Positions 59,947 to 64,000 of a stretch of DNA of 64,000 nucleotides are shown piece after piece; the first letter of the stretch is position 1, and each line of letters starts with the position of its first letter. Under the pieces are notes generated by a model. It made no database searches and was not told where the DNA came from. It was given only the letters and a program-made list of their open reading frames with translations. A program made the position numbers and the translations under genes. The stretch comes from an uncultured Gammaproteobacteria bacterium. Lineage in GTDB: Bacteria; Pseudomonadota; Gammaproteobacteria; Xanthomonadales; Rhodanobacteraceae. Location of the stretch: positions 43,485 to 107,484 of the forward strand of contig CAWGFN010000004.1 of NCBI GenBank assembly GCA_963821885.1, in the 5' to 3' direction.

Positions 59947-60690
59947 TCAGGGCATGTACATGCCGCCATTGACGTGCATGGTCTCACCGGAGATGTAGGC
60001 TGCCGCCGGTGAAGCCAGGAAGGCCACCGCGTTGGCGATGTCCTCGGGCTGGCCCAGGCGACCCAGGGCGATCTGGGTCTCCAGGGTGCTGCGCTGGTTC
60101 TCGTCGAGGGCGCGTGTCATGTCGGTGTCGATGAAGCCCGGGGCAACCACGTTGACGGTGATGCCTCGCGAACCGACCTCGCGCGCCAGCGACTTGGAGA
60201 AGGCAATGATGCCGGCCTTGGCCGCGGCGTAGTTGGACTGGCCCGGATTACCGGTCACCCCGACCACCGAGGCGATGTTGACGATGCGGCCCTTGCGCGC
60301 CTTCATCATCCCGCGCATGACCGCCTTGGACGTGCGGTAGACCGAGGTCAGGTTGGTGTCGATGATGGCGTTCCAGTCCTCGTCCTTCATGCGCATGAGC
60401 AACTGGTCGCGGGTGATGCCGGCGTTGTTGACGAGGATGGAGACCGGACCGAAATCCTTGCCGATCGCGGCAATCAGCGCGTCCACACCGGCGCCGTCGG
60501 TGACATCCAGCACGCGGCCCGCGCCACCGTGTGGCTGCAGGCGCGCGTCGATGCTGGCCGCGCCCGCTTCGCTGGTGGCGGTGCCGATCACGGTCGCGCC
60601 CTGCGCGGCCAGGGTGTCGGCAATGGCGGCGCCGATGCCGCGCGTGGCGCCGGTGACCAGCGCGATCTCGCCTTCGAGTGGCTTGCTCAT
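59947..60690 (-). CDS. fabG: 3-oxoacyl-ACP reductase
   Basis: 247 aa from ATG 60690 ([28 protein letters not shown]..). Confidence 0.92.
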   Translation of the reverse strand: MSKPLEGEIALVTGATRGIGAAIADTLAAQGATVIGTATSEAGAASIDARLQPHGGAGRVLDVTDGAGVDALIAAIGKDFGPVSILVNNAGITRDQLLMRMKDEDWNAIIDTNLTSVYRTSKAVMRGMMKARKGRIVNIASVVGVTGNPGQSNYAAAKAGIIAFSKSLAREVGSRGITVNVVAPGFIDTDMTRALDENQRSTLETQIALGRLGQPEDIANAVAFLASPAAAYISGETMHVNGGMYMP

Positions 60691-60734
60691 GGAAAGGTTT
60701 CCTTCAGGGATGGTGGATCGGTTCCGTTGGCGAC

Positions 60735-61682
60735 TCAGGTCCACGCGCTGCGCGCGGCCTCCAGCGCTTCGGGTTCACCCAGTGCACGGGCGTCGAGCGC
60801 CCGGTCGATGCGCCGGGCCAGGCCGGTCAGCACCTTGCCGGGGCCGCATTCGCCCAGCGCCGTGGCGCCCGCGGCGGCCAGGGCCTGCACGCATTCGGTC
60901 CAGCGCACGGGCATGAACAGCTGGCGACGCAGCGCGTCACGGATGGCGTCGAGGTCGGGCTGCACCGCCGCGTCGGCGTTCTGCACCACCGGCAGGGACG
61001 GCTCGCGCCAGTCCAGCCCGTCCATGCGCGCGGCCAGCTGCTCGGCGGCGCCGCTCATCAGGGCGCAGTGCGAGGGCACCGACATGGCCAGCTTCACGGC
61101 CTTCTTCACGCCTTCCTCGGCCAGCCGCGCCAGCGCGCGGTCGACCGCCTCGGCATGACCGGCGATGACCACCTGACCGGGCGAATTGAAGTTGGCCGGG
61201 GACACGACCTGCTCGCCGGAGACTTCCTCGCAGATGGCCGCGATCCGCGCATCGTCGCCACCGAGCACCGCCGCCATGCCGCCGACGCCGACCGGCACGG
61301 CGGCCTGCATCAGGCGACCGCGCTCGGCCACCAGGGCGGCCCCGTCATGCAGCGAGAGCGCATCGGCGCAGACCAGCGCGGTGTACTCGCCCAGGCTGTG
61401 GCCGGCCAGGCGGGCCGGGCGCGCGCCGCCAAGTTTGTTCCATACGCGCCACACCGCCACGCCGGCGGCCAGCAAGGCCGGCTGGGTGTGCTCGGTGCGG
61501 TTGAGCTGGTCCTCCGGACCCTCCTGCGAAAGACGCCACAGGTCGGCGCCGGCACCGTCGGAGGCTTCCTCGAACGTGCGGCGAACTTCCGGATGGGCGG
61601 TCGCCAGTTCGGCAAGCATGCCAACCGACTGCGAACCCTGTCCGGGGAACACGAAGGCGAGATGGGCGGAGATTTCAGTCAT
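60735..61682 (-). CDS. fabD: Malonyl CoA-ACP transacylase
   Basis: 315 aa from ATG 61682. FVFPGQGSQ and GHSLGEY are the active-site motifs. Confidence 0.92.
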   Translation of the reverse strand: MTEISAHLAFVFPGQGSQSVGMLAELATAHPEVRRTFEEASDGAGADLWRLSQEGPEDQLNRTEHTQPALLAAGVAVWRVWNKLGGARPARLAGHSLGEYTALVCADALSLHDGAALVAERGRLMQAAVPVGVGGMAAVLGGDDARIAAICEEVSGEQVVSPANFNSPGQVVIAGHAEAVDRALARLAEEGVKKAVKLAMSVPSHCALMSGAAEQLAARMDGLDWREPSLPVVQNADAAVQPDLDAIRDALRRQLFMPVRWTECVQALAAAGATALGECGPGKVLTGLARRIDRALDARALGEPEALEAARSAWT

Positions 61683-61833
61683 GTCGAATGCGTATCCTGA
61701 ACAACAAGCCGCCAATCTTGCCAGCATTGGCCCGCCGGTTCAGCAGTCGGGCGTTTGAATCCGTCGCGCGCGGCCGCCCAACGACAGCGGCCGCCCGGGG
61801 GCGGCCGCTGGTATGCACGAACCTGCTTCGGGG

Positions 61834-62817
61834 TCAGTAGCGCAGCAACGCCGACGCCCAGGTGAAACCGCCGCCGAAGGCCTCCAGCAGCAGGGTCTGG
61901 CCGCGCTTCACCTTGCCCGAGCACACCGCCTCGTCCAGGGCCAGCGGCACCGAACCGGAGGAGGTGTTGGCGTGCTTGTCGACGGTGACGATGACCCGGT
62001 CCATGGACATCTTCAGGCGCTTGGCCGTGGCCTCGATGATGCGCAGATTGGCCTGGTGCGGGATCAGCCAGTCGATGTCCGACTCGTGCATGCCCGCGGC
62101 CTGCAGCGTCTCGCCGACCAGCGAATCCAGGGTCTTGACCGCCACCTTGAACACTTCACGGCCGCTCATGCGGATGCGCACGCCGTGGTTGGGCTCGTCG
62201 GTGAAACCGGCGGACACGCCGACCGGGTTGTACAGCAGCTCCTTGTAGCCGCCGTCGGCATGCATGCAGGTCGCCAGGATGCCCGGTTCGTCGGACGCCT
62301 CCAGCACCACCGCGCCGGCACCGTCGCCGAACAGCACGCAGGTCTCGCGCTCGTTCCAGTCGACCATGCGGGTCAGGGTCTCGGCACCGATCACCAGGGC
62401 CTTCTTCGTCTGCCCGCTGCGGATGAACTTGTCGGCCACGCCCAGGGCGTAGACGAAGCCCGAGCAGGCCGCGTTGACGTCGAACGCCGCGCAGCCGTTG
62501 GCGCCCAGGCGATGCTGGATCAGGCAGGCGGTGGACGGAAAGATGATGTCGGGCGTGGTGGTGCCGAGAATGATCAGGTCGAGCTCCGAGGCCTTGACCC
62601 CGGCACGCTCGAGCGCCTGCACCGCGGCGCGGTAACCCAGCTCGCCGGTGGTTTCCTCGGCGCTGGACACGCGCCGCTCGCGGATGCCCGTGCGGCTGCG
62701 GATCCACTCGTCGCTGGTATCGACCTGTTTCTCGAGGTCGGCGTTGGTGACCACGCGCTCGGGGAGCGCGCTGCCGGTGGCGAGGATGCGTGCGTACTTC
62801 AGGGTCCTGTCCCCCAT
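61834..62817 (-). CDS. fabH: 3-oxoacyl-ACP synthase III
   Basis: 327 aa. ..ACSGFVYAL.. is the catalytic Cys context, and the C-terminus ..FGGGFTWASALLRY is FabH-like. Confidence 0.9.
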   Translation of the reverse strand: MGDRTLKYARILATGSALPERVVTNADLEKQVDTSDEWIRSRTGIRERRVSSAEETTGELGYRAAVQALERAGVKASELDLIILGTTTPDIIFPSTACLIQHRLGANGCAAFDVNAACSGFVYALGVADKFIRSGQTKKALVIGAETLTRMVDWNERETCVLFGDGAGAVVLEASDEPGILATCMHADGGYKELLYNPVGVSAGFTDEPNHGVRIRMSGREVFKVAVKTLDSLVGETLQAAGMHESDIDWLIPHQANLRIIEATAKRLKMSMDRVIVTVDKHANTSSGSVPLALDEAVCSGKVKRGQTLLLEAFGGGFTWASALLRY

Positions 62818-62957
62818 GCCTGCGTGGCGACCGCCGGCCGCCGTGGTTTCAGGCCTCGCACTCTACCGCACATGCGGCACCGAGCGGACCTGCCGTAAAC
62901 GCAAAGCGGCGCGTTGCCGCGCCGCCCTGCACACAACGTCCCTGATCGGCGAGGAGC

Positions 62958-63152
62958 TCAGTCCTCGTCGACGATCTGCTCGGCCGTCTCGATGACCTTG
63001 CGGCCACGGTAGTAGCCGTCCTTGGTCACGTGGTGGCGACGGTGCACCTCGCCGCTGGTCGGGTCGGTCGACAGCTGCACCGGCGTGAGCTTGTCGTGCG
63101 AACGACGCATGCCGCGGGTGGACGGGGTTCTGCGGCTCTTCTGGACTGCCAT
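62958..63152 (-). CDS. rpmF: 50S ribosomal protein L32
   Basis: [22 protein letters not shown].., 64 aa. Confidence 0.95.
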   Translation of the reverse strand: MAVQKSRRTPSTRGMRRSHDKLTPVQLSTDPTSGEVHRRHHVTKDGYYRGRKVIETAEQIVDED

Positions 63153-63171
63153 GGGAGTTTCTCCGGAAAAA

Positions 63172-63690
63172 TCAGTGTTTCTTCAGTTCGCGCAACACCG
63201 CGAACGGGTTGGGTCTGTTCTCTTCGTCCGGCATCGCCTCCGGACCGCTTGCTCTGCCCTGCTCGGGCCATTCGCTTTCGGGCGAGACCGGCACCAGGGG
63301 CACGGCCAGCACCAGTTCATCCTCGATCACCGCCACCGGATCGATACGGCCATCGCTCTCGATAAGCAGCGGCTCGTACCCCGGCGCCAGTGCGGCCTCC
63401 TCGCGCTCGTGGGCGATCAGGCCCAGGCGTGCGTGCAAGTCGACCGGATGCACGAAAGGCTCCAGCGTCCGCTGGCAGGCCAGCGTCAACGACGCCGACA
63501 CATCCAGCAGCAGGGACGCGCCACCGAGCTCGCTGCGGGCGAACTCCAGACGGTAGTTGGCATCCCCGGTGTCGTCGGCCAGCAGGCCGCGCAAGCGCTC
63601 GAACCCGGCAATCGGAAGCGTGCCTTCGAAAATGCGCCGCTCCTCGACCATGCGCCACGCGTCGACAAAAGCTGGCAAAGACACGGACAT
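63172..63690 (-). CDS. yceD: YceD (DUF177) 23S rRNA accumulation protein
   Basis: 172 aa, acidic, located immediately upstream of rpmF as in most bacteria. Confidence 0.85.
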   Translation of the reverse strand: MSVSLPAFVDAWRMVEERRIFEGTLPIAGFERLRGLLADDTGDANYRLEFARSELGGASLLLDVSASLTLACQRTLEPFVHPVDLHARLGLIAHEREEAALAPGYEPLLIESDGRIDPVAVIEDELVLAVPLVPVSPESEWPEQGRASGPEAMPDEENRPNPFAVLRELKKH

Positions 63691-63830
63691 ATCCGCGCAA
63701 TTCTAGGCGCGGAAGCGTTTGCAGTCAAACCCTTCCGGCCATCGCAAACCCCGGTGCCCGGGCCGGGGCGGCCGCTTGCAGCGCCTGTCCGCCTGCACCA
63801 CACTGGCGGCGTACGTACGGGGGTAGATTT

Positions 63831-64000
63831 TTGAACGTCTCCACGCTGATTCTCGGCGTCATCCTGCTGCTGGTCATCCTTGCCGGCCTGTTCTTCCAGG
63901 GCCGCCGGATCCTGCGCGAGCACCGTCGCACCCATGCCCTGCGCAGCCTCATGGAACATGCCGACCGGCTGGAAAAGGACCTGATCGAATGCCGGACGCG
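63831..64000 (+). CDS. Possible N-terminus of a membrane-anchored protein (TTG start); continues beyond the window
   Basis: The open frame LNVSTLILGVILLLVILAGLFFQGRRILREH.. runs to the window edge. It is not in the ORF track. Confidence 0.25.
   Translation, partial: MNVSTLILGVILLLVILAGLFFQGRRILREHRRTHALRSLMEHADRLEKDLIECRT

Overview
This is a 64-kb, very GC-rich chromosomal window. Gene content and order look like a Xanthomonadales/Lysobacterales-type gammaproteobacterium (inference only). The supporting features are an arginine cluster with N-acetylornithine carbamoyltransferase and a bifunctional argA/B-type kinase, ACMSD plus kynureninase, a 1650-aa NAD-glutamate dehydrogenase, and yceD-rpmF-fabH-fabD-fabG. 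About 55 protein genes can be supported, mostly housekeeping metabolism, three c-di-GMP signalling proteins and an RND efflux operon. I found no rRNA, tRNA, CRISPR, transposase, phage or integrase genes. The clearest accessory segment is 23.9-28.4 kb. It is visibly AT-richer and holds eight short minus-strand ORFs, each followed by an attC-type imperfect palindrome (RYYYAAC...GTTRRRY). That is an integron gene-cassette array with no integron integrase in the window (a CALIN), sitting between core genes directly downstream of the arg-pro operon. Its cargo includes a HEPN-like Rx4H protein, an Imm50-like immunity gene interrupted by an in-frame TAG, a GNAT, a SnoaL-like protein, an HD-domain protein, a 30-codon lipoprotein and two unknowns. 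Other points worth a second look: (1) the RND permease gene carries at least 12 single-nucleotide frameshifts while its neighbours are intact, and ggt (2 frameshifts) and one membrane-protein gene (1) are also broken; (2) a 4 x ~164-bp tandem array of REP-like hairpin units lies between sufE and dksA, and a REPIN-like doublet follows cysS; (3) an inverted pair of GGGACTC heptamer arrays brackets the argG-argE spacer and writes the last codons of argG; (4) an intrinsic terminator sits inside the argF' leader; (5) DksA has a ~250-aa Lys/Ala-rich tail and only one of four Zn-finger cysteines; (6) HU has a similar tail; (7) a pilin-head-like domain is fused to a polytopic membrane anchor. All functional calls rest on recognising translated motifs by eye. 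No database search was run.
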